Virus record (IMG/VR): IMGVR_UViG_3300010234_000004
Span: 38,603-102,602 of that record
Direction: 5' to 3' (one strand)
Length of the DNA: 64,000 bases
DNA from: a virus
Shown: piece after piece, positions 1 through 10,232 of the stretch
Layout of the letters: each line of letters begins with the position of its first letter
Numbering within the stretch: position 1 is the first letter of the stretch
Translations under genes and position numbers: made by a program
Notes under the pieces: generated by a model
What the model saw: the letters and a program-made list of their open reading frames with translations, nothing else
Told to the model about the DNA's origin: nothing
Database searches by the model: none

Positions 1-12
1 CTCGCTCCATAC

Positions 13-930
13 GTGTCGAGTTTCACGGCCATGGAAATCATACGCGAGGCGTCAACAACTCAAGAGGGTCTACCGTTTTTCCTATATTCGACGCCGTGGG
101 AAAAGGATAAGCTGTTTTTCGAAAGCCTTGACAACATGATAGCTTCCGGAACGATTGTCAGTCCGTATGCACCATTTCGATATTCGTTGTATTCAACGGG
201 TCTGGCCGACTCCCATTTGAATAGAAGATTCGGCGCTGATAACCATCTTGATCCACGGGATCGCGGTAGTAGTCAAAAGAGGCAGATAGCTAAACTGGAA
301 CATGCGGCATCCTTCATTGAGCGATACACGGTGACCAACACCCACAACACGTTGTCGATGATTCAGAAGGGTAGTATTGGGTCACGTCGTGAGTTTGTTA
401 ATATCAATGAGTTTGACTTCCGCGAACAGCATTTTAGTATCAAGGAAACACTTGATAGGCTGAAGCCGAAAATGCCGACAGGACAACAGAGAATGTCATA
501 TGACGAGGTGTCACATGGTGGTATGCACACGAAGGACAGTCGCAACATCACCAACATATTCGCATCACACACGTATACTGACTTCATGAACAACATCTAT
601 GATACTGGTCCTGAATTGGGTGGCTTTTTGCCATTACATTCCAGTAAGGATGCGCTCAGACATATGATGGAAACGACAGCAATTGATATTCAGGTTCCGG
701 GTTACCATTTCTGGCCGAAGGCGGGGGGTGATAAACACAGATCGATTGGACGATTGATCCCGCTTCGGTTCTTTAACAACGACACAGAATTTGAAGGACG
801 CACGGGCAATGCAAGCAATATTGATCCAGAACGCTCTGGTGAATATCTGATGTACGCTGCCAATCACATATTTTCAACTGAGAAATATTCTGTTGCTTTG
901 ACAGCGGTGAAATATTCAAACCTAAACTAG
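13..930 (+). CDS. Baseplate hub-region protein (gp27-like by position), probably 5'-truncated by window edge
   Basis: 305-aa ORF immediately upstream of the gp5 OB-fold gene; call is from synteny only. Confidence 0.45.
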   Translation: MSSFTAMEIIREASTTQEGLPFFLYSTPWEKDKLFFESLDNMIASGTIVSPYAPFRYSLYSTGLADSHLNRRFGADNHLDPRDRGSSQKRQIAKLEHAASFIERYTVTNTHNTLSMIQKGSIGSRREFVNINEFDFREQHFSIKETLDRLKPKMPTGQQRMSYDEVSHGGMHTKDSRNITNIFASHTYTDFMNNIYDTGPELGGFLPLHSSKDALRHMMETTAIDIQVPGYHFWPKAGGDKHRSIGRLIPLRFFNNDTEFEGRTGNASNIDPERSGEYLMYAANHIFSTEKYSVALTAVKYSNLN

Positions 931-938
931 GACTCACA

Positions 939-1814
939 ATGCTATTTGACAATGGCCATTACAGTAAATTTTACGGTGACCAAACCCGTTGGTGGTATGG
1001 AGTCGTGCAGGAAGTTGCATCTGATCCTTTGGAATTGGGTCGTGCGCGAGTACGCATAGTAGGCATCCACGGTCCAGATATCGAAGACAGTTCGTTGCCA
1101 TGGGCGTCGGTGGTACTACCCACGACAGGCGGCGGGGTGTCGGGCGTTGGAACTACTCCATGGCTACAGCCGACAGCACGCGTGTTCGGCATCTTTCTGG
1201 ACGGACGCAACAGTCAAAATCCGATAGTGATAGGAGCATTACCAGCAATCGAGGGCACTGCTAACAATGCTGCTGCTGGTTCGGCTGGTGTATATGGTGA
1301 CTACAATCAAACTAGGGGTATCACAACTAACACAAATTTCTCAGGCACTGACCCCGAAGCGCGAGCAGTCGTTGAGAGGGTGTTTAGACCGATTTCCGCT
1401 GATGAGTTTCGTGTATTAATTGCCTTGACCGCTGCTGAATCATCTGGTGATCAACTAGAACAAGCATGGGTAGCGGGGGTCATTATCAACAGGTCGAGGA
1501 AGCGAAATGCTACTATTCAACAAACGGCGAATGCACCAAGCCAGTTTCACGCAGTGACCGGTCCTGCTAGGGATACCGTGAACTACAGGAATGGACCATC
1601 TGAGTCCAGAGCGAAGTCAATCTATGGCTCAATCACAAATTACCTTGAACAGGTTCCACACGATGTTTACTACTTTGACTCGAACAATGTTGCTGCATAC
1701 GGACGCGTTGGTGGTGCGGCTAAATATAACAGTGTGGCGAGAGATCGTAGGCGTGCGGGTGGCAATTTAAAAGTTATCGGTAAATCGAGATTTTGGCCGG
1801 GTGTAAAATACTAG
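939..1814 (+). CDS. gp5: gp5 N-terminal OB-fold fused to SleB/Hydrolase_2-like cell-wall hydrolase
   Basis: WWYGVV..DPLELGRARVRIVGIH..LPWA..VFGIFLDG is the gp5 OB fold; AAES..EQAWVAGVIINR..SQF is a Hydrolase_2 pattern. Confidence 0.8.
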   Translation: MLFDNGHYSKFYGDQTRWWYGVVQEVASDPLELGRARVRIVGIHGPDIEDSSLPWASVVLPTTGGGVSGVGTTPWLQPTARVFGIFLDGRNSQNPIVIGALPAIEGTANNAAAGSAGVYGDYNQTRGITTNTNFSGTDPEARAVVERVFRPISADEFRVLIALTAAESSGDQLEQAWVAGVIINRSRKRNATIQQTANAPSQFHAVTGPARDTVNYRNGPSESRAKSIYGSITNYLEQVPHDVYYFDSNNVAAYGRVGGAAKYNSVARDRRRAGGNLKVIGKSRFWPGVKY

Positions 1815-1824
1815 GAGATATGAT

Positions 1825-3885
1825 ATGGCAGTTGACGTTTCAAGCATCAATAAAACATTAGGTTCGGCCTTTATGGGTGGCGACATTGGCGGGTTGACCG
1901 GCGGTGGTGGCGGTGGTGTGGCAGTTGAACCGTCATATGATCTAGCCGCACGCATGGGTTATCTGGGAGGTTCGTCGCCTGTTCAGAAAGACGACGATGA
2001 GTATTTCAAGGCAATGGCGTCATTGCGGGATTCTGATATGGGGTTCGCGTACCTTCCATCGTTAGTTCTTTTTGGTGATAAAATCCAAGAGGGTAAGACC
2101 ATATTCGATAACACGAAGGCGATTGAGCCTGTTAAAGAGCCGGTCGAAAAAATTGATGGTCACAAAGACGAGAAGAAAGATGCATCGCCATTCCACCAAC
2201 TGGAGGTGTTGATGGGGGGTAACGCAGCGGCGGTCAACTATGCACTTTCATTGCTGACTGGTGACAACCTTGATAAAAACTTGGAGATGCTCAAGAAGAA
2301 TCTGGTGGTTCCGCAATCGGTAATCGATAAAATCAGGGACTCTATTCAGCAGACTGATGAAAAACTACTGACCCCGTCTGGCCCCGGTGAGTATGAAAAG
2401 TTTAGGCAGGGCGAGAAGAGTGCAGGTCAAGGTGTGTTGGGTAAGCGAGAGGGGCAACCACCCCCAGGTGGCATTTCGAATATGGGCAAGATCGTTGCTG
2501 CTTTGGGTTCGATATCAGGCGGTGCATCTCAAATTCAGAGCATTATTGGTCAGGTCAAAAACAAGTTGGAATCCGCAGTGCCGACTCTGACGGGTAAATT
2601 GTTTGATGATCTGGCGCTTAACATTGATCCATTCGTGCAGAACATCCTTAATGGATTGATTGGTTCAGTCTTGGATGATTCAAAGGGTCGCTTGGAAATT
2701 CTAAAGGCCATCGCCAATGGGAATCTGGATAGGGCCGCGCAGTTGATTTTGGAGCTATCCGCCGTCGAGGGTATGACAATTGAGAAGATTACCGCCGCTT
2801 TGGAAGTCATTGAGACTGATGTTTCCAAATATGTGCAAACTGGAAAATATGAACCGGACGTGGAAACCGATTTGTCTAGAGAGGATAATAATGATTCTTA
2901 TGTCGAGACGGCTGAAGAGTTCGAAGCTGAGATTTCATCGTCACCGCGACCTATCAATGGGGTCGTGCTTCATACATCCAGTAAAGCCGATCCACGCAGT
3001 AATATCGATCCTACGCTGCTGGAAGAAACGCTGAAACAGTCATTTCATTACATCATGCAACCTAATGGTAGGATTTATAGGAGTTCGGGGCTTGGTAAAA
3101 TTATGGGTGGTCTGGCGGGAAATGCGGCTGGATTGATTCACATTCTAGTCGCGAAGGCTGATGACAATCCAAACAATTTTTTGAGCATCGATCAGGGCAA
3201 GAGTTATAGAGAAATGGTGAAGGTTTTTCACAGGTTGATTCCGGGTGTCCAGATTGCAAACTTCTCTGAGTTGAGTGATGCCAGCACAACCCCGATTGTT
3301 GGTATGAACCCAGGAGCAGTTCAATGTGGAATCACGGGCCTCAACAATCTAGGAACTGGTCCAGCGTCCAACTATCAACCGGGTATCAGAACAGGCGCAG
3401 AGCCGCCATCTAAGAACGCTCAAAGTTATGGTGGTCGAACCACCACAGGAAAGATGAAACACCAATTAGACCCGCGTTGTGGGGCCGTAAACGGCATTCT
3501 AACCTCGGTAGGAGATGCTTTGGGTATTCAGGTACGTGTTTCTTCCGGTTTTCGTGGTTCAGGCGGGTCTGGCAGGCACAACGGCAGGGCATCAGATTGT
3601 TATCTTGTGCGTGATGGGGTTATCATGTCAGCTATGCGTGCAGATCAGCGACCATATGTAATCAAATTCACCGACGAATTTCTTAAAGCTGGGGGTCGTG
3701 GTGTTGGGTGTGCGAACCATGCAACGGGCGGGAAAAAATACATGGGTGGTGACCACTATCACTACGACGTGGTTGGTAACCGTCGAGGTGGTGTGGATTT
3801 TTGGGGTGACCGACAGACTAAACATAATGGTGGTGCGCCAGTATGGTTATGGAACCTTGCACGTAGTCACGGATACAGGGGTTAA
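1825..3885 (+). CDS. Baseplate-associated protein with degenerate amidase-like domain and C-terminal M15-like Zn peptidase
   Basis: VVLHTS..FHYIMQPNGRIY (Amidase_2-like); VSSGFR..SGRHNGRASD..HYHYD (M15/LAS-type H, D and HxH ligands). Confidence 0.6.
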   Translation: MAVDVSSINKTLGSAFMGGDIGGLTGGGGGGVAVEPSYDLAARMGYLGGSSPVQKDDDEYFKAMASLRDSDMGFAYLPSLVLFGDKIQEGKTIFDNTKAIEPVKEPVEKIDGHKDEKKDASPFHQLEVLMGGNAAAVNYALSLLTGDNLDKNLEMLKKNLVVPQSVIDKIRDSIQQTDEKLLTPSGPGEYEKFRQGEKSAGQGVLGKREGQPPPGGISNMGKIVAALGSISGGASQIQSIIGQVKNKLESAVPTLTGKLFDDLALNIDPFVQNILNGLIGSVLDDSKGRLEILKAIANGNLDRAAQLILELSAVEGMTIEKITAALEVIETDVSKYVQTGKYEPDVETDLSREDNNDSYVETAEEFEAEISSSPRPINGVVLHTSSKADPRSNIDPTLLEETLKQSFHYIMQPNGRIYRSSGLGKIMGGLAGNAAGLIHILVAKADDNPNNFLSIDQGKSYREMVKVFHRLIPGVQIANFSELSDASTTPIVGMNPGAVQCGITGLNNLGTGPASNYQPGIRTGAEPPSKNAQSYGGRTTTGKMKHQLDPRCGAVNGILTSVGDALGIQVRVSSGFRGSGGSGRHNGRASDCYLVRDGVIMSAMRADQRPYVIKFTDEFLKAGGRGVGCANHATGGKKYMGGDHYHYDVVGNRRGGVDFWGDRQTKHNGGAPVWLWNLARSHGYRG

Positions 3886-3887
3886 TC

Positions 3888-5168
3888 ATGCCAGAGAATA
3901 GATCACCAAATGACCCGGGTAACCTGACCGACAAAAACGTTACTACTCCATCCCCGCGTCCACGGAAGGGCAACTTTGACGGCTCGACGAAGGAGTGGGA
4001 AACCTACAGTCGAAATTCGGCAGGCGGATTCCCGCGTGATCAATACAAAGATCAATCGGGGGTAAACGCTGGGGCGAGAGGTCAAGGCAATCGCCGTCTT
4101 AATACGGCTGGGGCATTGCCAGGGTCTTCAATTGGTTGTGGATCGGAGAACCGTTCTTCATACGCACAGGCACAGATCACTGAAACTCCAGGTGGTCATA
4201 TAGTAGAATATAACGACACGCTTGGGTCAGAAAGAATTCTAATTCGGCACGTGAGTGGTTCGGGTATTGAGTTTAGACCAGACGGATCGTGCGTCATTTC
4301 GTCAACTCGGTTGATTTTTGATACACAGGGTGATGTGAATCATCTCATGACGGGTAACATGAACTTCAAGGTTCCTGGTGTATTCAGTATGAAGTCCGGT
4401 GCCGATCTGAATATCGAGGCTGGCGGTAACATTGAATTGCTAACAGGCGGTTCTCTGGTCGAAAAGGTGGCGACCACCAAGCTAACTCATGTTGGCGGTA
4501 ACACCCGACATATAACATTGGGTGAATCCCAAACTGTCACAGTTGGTCCGAAAAGCGATACAAATTTGGGGGGTACTCAGTTATCCACGAAGGGCGACTT
4601 GACTATTCGTACAGAGGGTCGCGCAGGCATATACACAAGTGGCGCGATGGGGATCACAAGCCAGATCAACGCGTATTTGTCAGCACCTAAGATGGCGGTC
4701 AACGGTGATCAGCTAGAGATTGTCGGGAATAGGGGCACGATTGGTGGTCAGAACATCATCACATATTGCTTCAATGGTTACGCAGGCCACACATTCAAAT
4801 CAGGGGATACGGTATCGACCAGAACCCTACGCTCATCCGACACTGTTGTATCTCCGTATGCTGATATTACGGATATCAAGTCGACTCACATGAGCGCAAC
4901 CACGTTCAACGGTGATTTGGACGGCATAGCGAAAGAAGCATTGGTTGCACCAAATGGTGTTGTAACGGGTGGGACTTTTCAGAGTGTGAACGAGACCGCT
5001 CATGTTGCTGATAATACGGATGCGACATTCGAACCAAATGAGGAAATCATGGCCGCACGTATGAAGACTTTGGGTCATGGTGTGAAGTTCGTGAAGGTCG
5101 ACCCCGCAGGATATATCAAGGACAGCTTGAACAGAGCCAATCACAACGGCTTACTAGTAGCACCATAA
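3888..5168 (+). CDS. gp5 C-terminal beta-helix (puncturing needle) protein
   Basis: ETPGGHIVEYNDTLGSERILIRHVSGSGIEFRPDG followed by Gly-spaced beta repeats typical of the gp5 C-terminus. Confidence 0.75.
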   Translation: MPENRSPNDPGNLTDKNVTTPSPRPRKGNFDGSTKEWETYSRNSAGGFPRDQYKDQSGVNAGARGQGNRRLNTAGALPGSSIGCGSENRSSYAQAQITETPGGHIVEYNDTLGSERILIRHVSGSGIEFRPDGSCVISSTRLIFDTQGDVNHLMTGNMNFKVPGVFSMKSGADLNIEAGGNIELLTGGSLVEKVATTKLTHVGGNTRHITLGESQTVTVGPKSDTNLGGTQLSTKGDLTIRTEGRAGIYTSGAMGITSQINAYLSAPKMAVNGDQLEIVGNRGTIGGQNIITYCFNGYAGHTFKSGDTVSTRTLRSSDTVVSPYADITDIKSTHMSATTFNGDLDGIAKEALVAPNGVVTGGTFQSVNETAHVADNTDATFEPNEEIMAARMKTLGHGVKFVKVDPAGYIKDSLNRANHNGLLVAP

Positions 5169-5179
5169 AGGATTAGAAG

Positions 5180-6094
5180 ATGGTAGCACCTACAAAAAAT
5201 GATGGTAAGAAAACGACCGAAGATGTTCCATACGTACAAGGTGAGCAATTCCCCACATTAACGGCTAAACAGGCCGCGACGAAAATGTGGAATAGCAAGC
5301 TTAGAAGCAATGGTAAATTCCTCCAGACACAAATCATGGAGGGCAACCTTGGTGAGAACGCCGTAACAGGAAGTGCACCGTCTGTCAAGGCTATTGCTAC
5401 ACGGGGGGCGCGTACAGGATTCACGGCTTTGGGTACGGGGGGTAATCCATCAAAAACGTTTAAATCGAATCCCCAATTGCCGACATTCATTCCACACCCC
5501 GATTACTATCCGGACTATGACACGTCTGTGATGAGCCGATATGACAGGGGTGCAGATAACAACCTAACTCGGCGGATTGCCATGGGTGCATTTATGGGGG
5601 GCAATTCAGTCGGTTCTCTGAAGGATGTTGACCATACAGAGATTGCCCGAAACCTACACATGCAGGCACAGATTCTAGATGCTATTCGTATGCGTCCAGA
5701 ATTTAATGGTTATATGCTAGATGTGGATGAGGGGGTCTACAAGTATGAGAAATTGGAGGAGAAACAGGAAGGCGACATGGCCGATTTTCTTTCAAAAGGA
5801 CGGACGGTTGGATATAAAATGTACGATTACAACGGTAAGGAGTCTATCTACAAGCTTTGGGAGGTCGCTCAATACCTACAGGATTTTCCGTTCACAGAAA
5901 AAGTAATGATGGAATATAACACATGGAACGAGGGGGGTGCACAGACTCGCCTGTTTGTCGGAGTTCCGGACATGCGGGGTGATATTCACGGTGCAAAATT
6001 CAAACGTCAGACGGAAACTATCTTTAATGGCACTCCAATATCGGGTTCTTTGATGCTTTGTGATGTGATAAAAGTGGACGAGGGTCCATCTTAA
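5180..6094 (+). CDS. Hypothetical baseplate-region protein
   Basis: 304-aa ORF with RBS between the gp5-C and gp25 genes. Confidence 0.5.
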   Translation: MVAPTKNDGKKTTEDVPYVQGEQFPTLTAKQAATKMWNSKLRSNGKFLQTQIMEGNLGENAVTGSAPSVKAIATRGARTGFTALGTGGNPSKTFKSNPQLPTFIPHPDYYPDYDTSVMSRYDRGADNNLTRRIAMGAFMGGNSVGSLKDVDHTEIARNLHMQAQILDAIRMRPEFNGYMLDVDEGVYKYEKLEEKQEGDMADFLSKGRTVGYKMYDYNGKESIYKLWEVAQYLQDFPFTEKVMMEYNTWNEGGAQTRLFVGVPDMRGDIHGAKFKRQTETIFNGTPISGSLMLCDVIKVDEGPS

Positions 6095-6096
6095 TG

Positions 6097-6104
6097 TATA
6101 AGTA
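6097..6104 (+). promoter_or_regulatory. T4-type late promoter variant TATAAGTA
   Basis: Intergenic, 18 nt upstream of gp25 ATG. Confidence 0.65.
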
Positions 6105-6122
6105 GTATTAAGGAGACATCAC

Positions 6123-6572
6123 ATGGCCACTACACAAAGACGGTTCTCAATTGAGGACGGTGATCTGAATGTTAGAACGCTTTATAGTTCACGCGACACT
6201 AGTTATTCAGACCTTGACCTTTCGTTCGAGGAGAATAGTATTGGAGATGTGTATAAAAAGTTGGACGCGGCTGCTGTTAAACAGGCTGTCAAGAATATCG
6301 TTCTATGTAATTATGGGGAGAAACCTTTTCAACCTTATTTCGGAACTGATATTAGGAACATGCTCTTTGAGTTGTTCGATTTCGGCACGAGCGAGGACGT
6401 TAAACGACGCATTCAACTGGCTATCGACCTATACGAGCCGCGTGCACGTATAAGAGAAATATTCGTTTCGGCGGAAGATGAGGTGAATTCCCTATCCGTC
6501 GAGATCATTTTTGAAGTGATAAATACATCTGAGGTGGTCACTTTGGTTACATCAATTTCAAGGCTGAGATAA
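6123..6572 (+). CDS. gp25: Baseplate wedge subunit gp25
   Basis: YSDLDLSF..AVKQAVKNIVL..GEKPFQPYFG..YEPR. Confidence 0.92.
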   Translation: MATTQRRFSIEDGDLNVRTLYSSRDTSYSDLDLSFEENSIGDVYKKLDAAAVKQAVKNIVLCNYGEKPFQPYFGTDIRNMLFELFDFGTSEDVKRRIQLAIDLYEPRARIREIFVSAEDEVNSLSVEIIFEVINTSEVVTLVTSISRLR

Positions 6573-6574
6573 AA

Positions 6575-8416
6575 ATGGCAAAGACAAATATCAATCCGTC
6601 GGATTTAGATTTTGATGGGATCAAAACTAAGCTGAAAACCTATCTCCAGTCTAAGGATGAGTTTGCGGATTACGATTTCGAGGGTTCGGCCTTATCGAAT
6701 GTATTGGATGTGCTTGCGTACAATAGTCATATCAATGCATTGACGGCAAACATGGCGATCAACGAATCCTTTTTGGAGACGGCACAGCTTCGAGGTTCGA
6801 TTGTAACACATTCTCATTCGTTGGGATATTATCCTACGTCAATGACAGCGTCCAACGCCACCTTGAACATTGTGGCCGACCTGTCTGGATTTATTGGTGA
6901 TCGACCATCGACCATCACTCTTCCAGAAGGCTTCAGGTTTACTACAACAGTTGAGGATGTTGCCTACACTTTTCGGACACAAAGTTCATACACAGCAGTT
7001 GATGATGGCGGCGGTTCTTATGTGTTTGTTGATGAAAATGGTAGTAGTGAAATCAAAGTTTATGAGGGCACTTATAAAACTAAAACCTTTCTTGTGCCGT
7101 CATCGTCTGATCTGAGGCACTACATCATTAATGATGTGGCTATTGATACCGAAACGCTTACCGTGCGCGTGTATGAGAATACGTCTACTACTGATTACGC
7201 CACCTATAACAATATCGTTGATGCGGTTCGTATCACAGATGAATCGACATACTACATCATACAAGAGACACCAAATGGCAACTTTGAACTCCAGTTCACT
7301 GATGGTGGTAATGTGGGAAGATCACCGGACCCTGGCAATAAAGTTGAGGCCGTTTACATTGCGACCAATGGACCAGCTTCAAATGGTGCTAATACGTTTG
7401 TGGCGTCGGATTCGCTTACGGTTGAGGGGCAGGATTTTTCCGTTAGTGTTACTACTCAAGCCGCTGCTGGGGGTGGTAGTGAGAAGGAAGGTATATCTTC
7501 AATCAAATTCCATGCACCAATCGCATATGCCAGCCAACGAAGAATGGTGACTGCCCAAGACTATCATATCCAGATTACAAGTAATTATTCGTTTATCGAG
7601 GACGTTGTTTCTTGGGGTGGCGAGGATAATATTCCAATTGACTATGGTAAGATTTACATATCAATCAAGTACCCTGAAGAAACTAGCGAAGATACTAAAA
7701 CAGAAACGCAAGATAGCATCGTTCAGAATTTGATTGAACCGTTGGGGACCGTATCCATCTCGGCCAAATTCATTGAACCCATTTACACATACATTGGCGC
7801 TACTACGTCATTTGACTTCAACCCATCTCTGTCTGGTATCACGATCCAAGCCACTGGTGACAGAATTGCAGCCAAGGTCGCAGAGTATTTCGATAACAAT
7901 TTAGGTCAGTTCGAGGAGGAGTTTAGACGTTCTACACTCCTCGCAGAAATTGACGACATCAGTCCAGCGGTTCTATCTAGTAAAATCGACGTGAGTATGA
8001 ACCAGCGGTTGACGCCAATCCTAAATTTTGTCAAGACTTATGACATCATTTTCCCCGTGAAATTGGCGATTCCTGACGACGTTAATAGTGTTATCACTTC
8101 GACGGCGTTTCGCTACAAGGATAAGATTTGTACGATTCGTAACAAATTCCTGAGCCAGAACTTGGAAATCATTGATGGTAACTCTAATGTTGTTACAGAT
8201 TCGATTGGAACATATGATCCGTCTACAGGCGAAGTGAATATCGTGGACTTTTCCCCGCAATCGATTATCGGTGGCGCATCATTTATTAAAATTTCAGCAA
8301 TTCCTGCCAAGCAGTCAACTATCAAACCTTTGAGGAATTATCTGTTGGTGCTGGATGATGATTTGAACGTTTCGACTGGAACGGTCGATTTCCAGAAAAC
8401 GAGAGTGTCGATTTAA
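6575..8416 (+). CDS. gp6: Baseplate wedge subunit gp6
   Basis: LDFDGIK..FADYDFEGSALSNVLDVLAYNSH..NESFLETAQLR; QRRMVTAQDY; WGGEDN. Confidence 0.95.
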   Translation: MAKTNINPSDLDFDGIKTKLKTYLQSKDEFADYDFEGSALSNVLDVLAYNSHINALTANMAINESFLETAQLRGSIVTHSHSLGYYPTSMTASNATLNIVADLSGFIGDRPSTITLPEGFRFTTTVEDVAYTFRTQSSYTAVDDGGGSYVFVDENGSSEIKVYEGTYKTKTFLVPSSSDLRHYIINDVAIDTETLTVRVYENTSTTDYATYNNIVDAVRITDESTYYIIQETPNGNFELQFTDGGNVGRSPDPGNKVEAVYIATNGPASNGANTFVASDSLTVEGQDFSVSVTTQAAAGGGSEKEGISSIKFHAPIAYASQRRMVTAQDYHIQITSNYSFIEDVVSWGGEDNIPIDYGKIYISIKYPEETSEDTKTETQDSIVQNLIEPLGTVSISAKFIEPIYTYIGATTSFDFNPSLSGITIQATGDRIAAKVAEYFDNNLGQFEEEFRRSTLLAEIDDISPAVLSSKIDVSMNQRLTPILNFVKTYDIIFPVKLAIPDDVNSVITSTAFRYKDKICTIRNKFLSQNLEIIDGNSNVVTDSIGTYDPSTGEVNIVDFSPQSIIGGASFIKISAIPAKQSTIKPLRNYLLVLDDDLNVSTGTVDFQKTRVSI

Positions 8417-8417
8417 T

Positions 8418-9383
8418 ATGTCGATTCGTACCACCGTTGAGCATAATGCCAGAGAAGTATCATTGCGCTACCCCCGCGTGGCCAGTCTTCTTCCTGATTA
8501 TTTTCCGAAACACTATCCGAATCTGGTAAACTTCCTTGAATCATATTACGAGCAATCTGCCGCTAATGATACGTTAGATCATACCTTCAATCAAAAGCTG
8601 TTTGCGATTCGTGATCTAGACGAGATATCTTTGGACTACATTGATAGCCTATTCTATGAAATCGGAAACGGTGCATCATCTGACTATTTCCAAGACCCAC
8701 GGTTTGTGGGTAAATTGCTTCCGTTACTACTTCGATCAAAGGGTACGGAACTTGGTATACAACTCTTTTTCAGGACGTTTTTCGGATTCAGTCCGGAAAT
8801 ACAGTATCCAAAACTTGACATGCTTGAAGTGTTTTCTGGCGATTCTGATGAAACGAATAAGGCTAGAATTGGTGTTGACGATGGTAAGGTTCTACAAAAT
8901 TCGGCCAAATACCAAAAGCTTTCAGTGTTGATCAGATCGGAGGCATCGTTCCTCGACTGGGAAAATCTGTATAGAAAGTTCGTTCACTCGGCTGGTTATT
9001 TTCTATCCTCAGAAGTAGTAACGGAAGGGGTTGCAAATGCCAATCCGCTTGCTAGTGTTTATCTTAACGATTTGGACTCATCCGAATACGGTGTCTTGAC
9101 GTTCGGTGAATTGGTAGAGCCTGTTGGTGATCAATTATCACAGTCTGAAGTTTACATCATACTGGAGTCTGATAACACTGAATTCCATCTTTCAACAGTT
9201 GATACTCTCGATAAATATAGCACCGTGCCGATTTCGTATATGGATACCCATTATGATGGACCTTATGCGGCGGCTGATCTCAATAGTCCACGTGTCGATC
9301 AGGATTCTGATGGAACCACCAAGATTATTGAAACCAGTACGACGCTCGAATTGGTCGATGCATCGCTTGTTGATTCGGCATAA
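8418..9383 (+). CDS. gp7: Baseplate wedge initiator gp7-like (short form)
   Basis: LPDYF..YPNLVNFLESYYE; SKGT..LFFRTFFG; FVHSAG; follows gp6. Confidence 0.75.
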   Translation: MSIRTTVEHNAREVSLRYPRVASLLPDYFPKHYPNLVNFLESYYEQSAANDTLDHTFNQKLFAIRDLDEISLDYIDSLFYEIGNGASSDYFQDPRFVGKLLPLLLRSKGTELGIQLFFRTFFGFSPEIQYPKLDMLEVFSGDSDETNKARIGVDDGKVLQNSAKYQKLSVLIRSEASFLDWENLYRKFVHSAGYFLSSEVVTEGVANANPLASVYLNDLDSSEYGVLTFGELVEPVGDQLSQSEVYIILESDNTEFHLSTVDTLDKYSTVPISYMDTHYDGPYAAADLNSPRVDQDSDGTTKIIETSTTLELVDASLVDSA

Positions 9384-9407
9384 TTATGAAATCCACCCTC
9401 CCGAAGG

Positions 9408-9415
9408 TATAAATA
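9408..9415 (+). promoter_or_regulatory. T4-type late promoter TATAAATA
   Basis: Exact gp55-dependent consensus, intergenic. Confidence 0.8.
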
Positions 9416-9440
9416 GATATAAGAGATAACGAGGCATTAC

Positions 9441-10223
9441 ATGAGTAGACAAGATATTTTTACCGGCACAACGGCCAATGACGGGACGGGTGAACCGTTA
9501 CGTGCTGCCCTTCAGAAGGTTAACCTCAACTTTGTTGAGTTATACCAGAGGCTTGGGATCGATTCTGACAACTTGGCCGCTATCGCCTTTGGTGACAGCG
9601 GGGATATAGTGTTCGAAGGTGGTTCGTTCAACACCACTCTGGAATTCGTGCAACCAACCGCGACCAGAACTGTTACTATTTCAGATGCTTCTGGAACGCT
9701 TGTTCTGGACACTGCCACACAGACACTCACTAATAAAATTCTAAATCTCCCTGACATTCACGATTCCGATAATAATGAGGTTATGAAGTTTGCGGGTGCC
9801 GCTTCAGCAGTCAACGCCATGACGCTCACGAACGCCGTAACAGGAAGTGCGCCGTCTCTTGCAACTACGGGAACCGATGCGAACATCAACTTGGATTTGA
9901 ACGCTAAGGGGTCTGGTGCAGTTGTCGTGGAGAAGGCCTCATTCGGACGTATTCAAATCACGGCCAACGGCGCAGTAAGTGTCAACAAAACTCACATTCA
10001 ATGTTTTAAGGCTACCGCACTGGCATTGACTATGGGTGACGGCACGGTTAACAGCGAAGTTAAATATTTCACCAATTCTGGAGCGGGAACTGCTACTGTC
10101 ACACCCACCAACTTCGCACTTGGAACGAATTTCGCTATACCACAAAATCACGCATGTCAGGTTATGTGGGACTCAGACAACTGGTTTGTTGTCGGTGCCA
10201 GCTCTGGCGTAATAATTACATAA
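9441..10223 (+). CDS. Baseplate wedge/tail-fibre connector (gp9/gp10 N-terminal motif)
   Basis: RQDIFTGTTANDGTGEPLRAALQKVNLNFVELY. Confidence 0.75.
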   Translation: MSRQDIFTGTTANDGTGEPLRAALQKVNLNFVELYQRLGIDSDNLAAIAFGDSGDIVFEGGSFNTTLEFVQPTATRTVTISDASGTLVLDTATQTLTNKILNLPDIHDSDNNEVMKFAGAASAVNAMTLTNAVTGSAPSLATTGTDANINLDLNAKGSGAVVVEKASFGRIQITANGAVSVNKTHIQCFKATALALTMGDGTVNSEVKYFTNSGAGTATVTPTNFALGTNFAIPQNHACQVMWDSDNWFVVGASSGVIIT

Positions 10224-10232
10224 GGAAATAAC

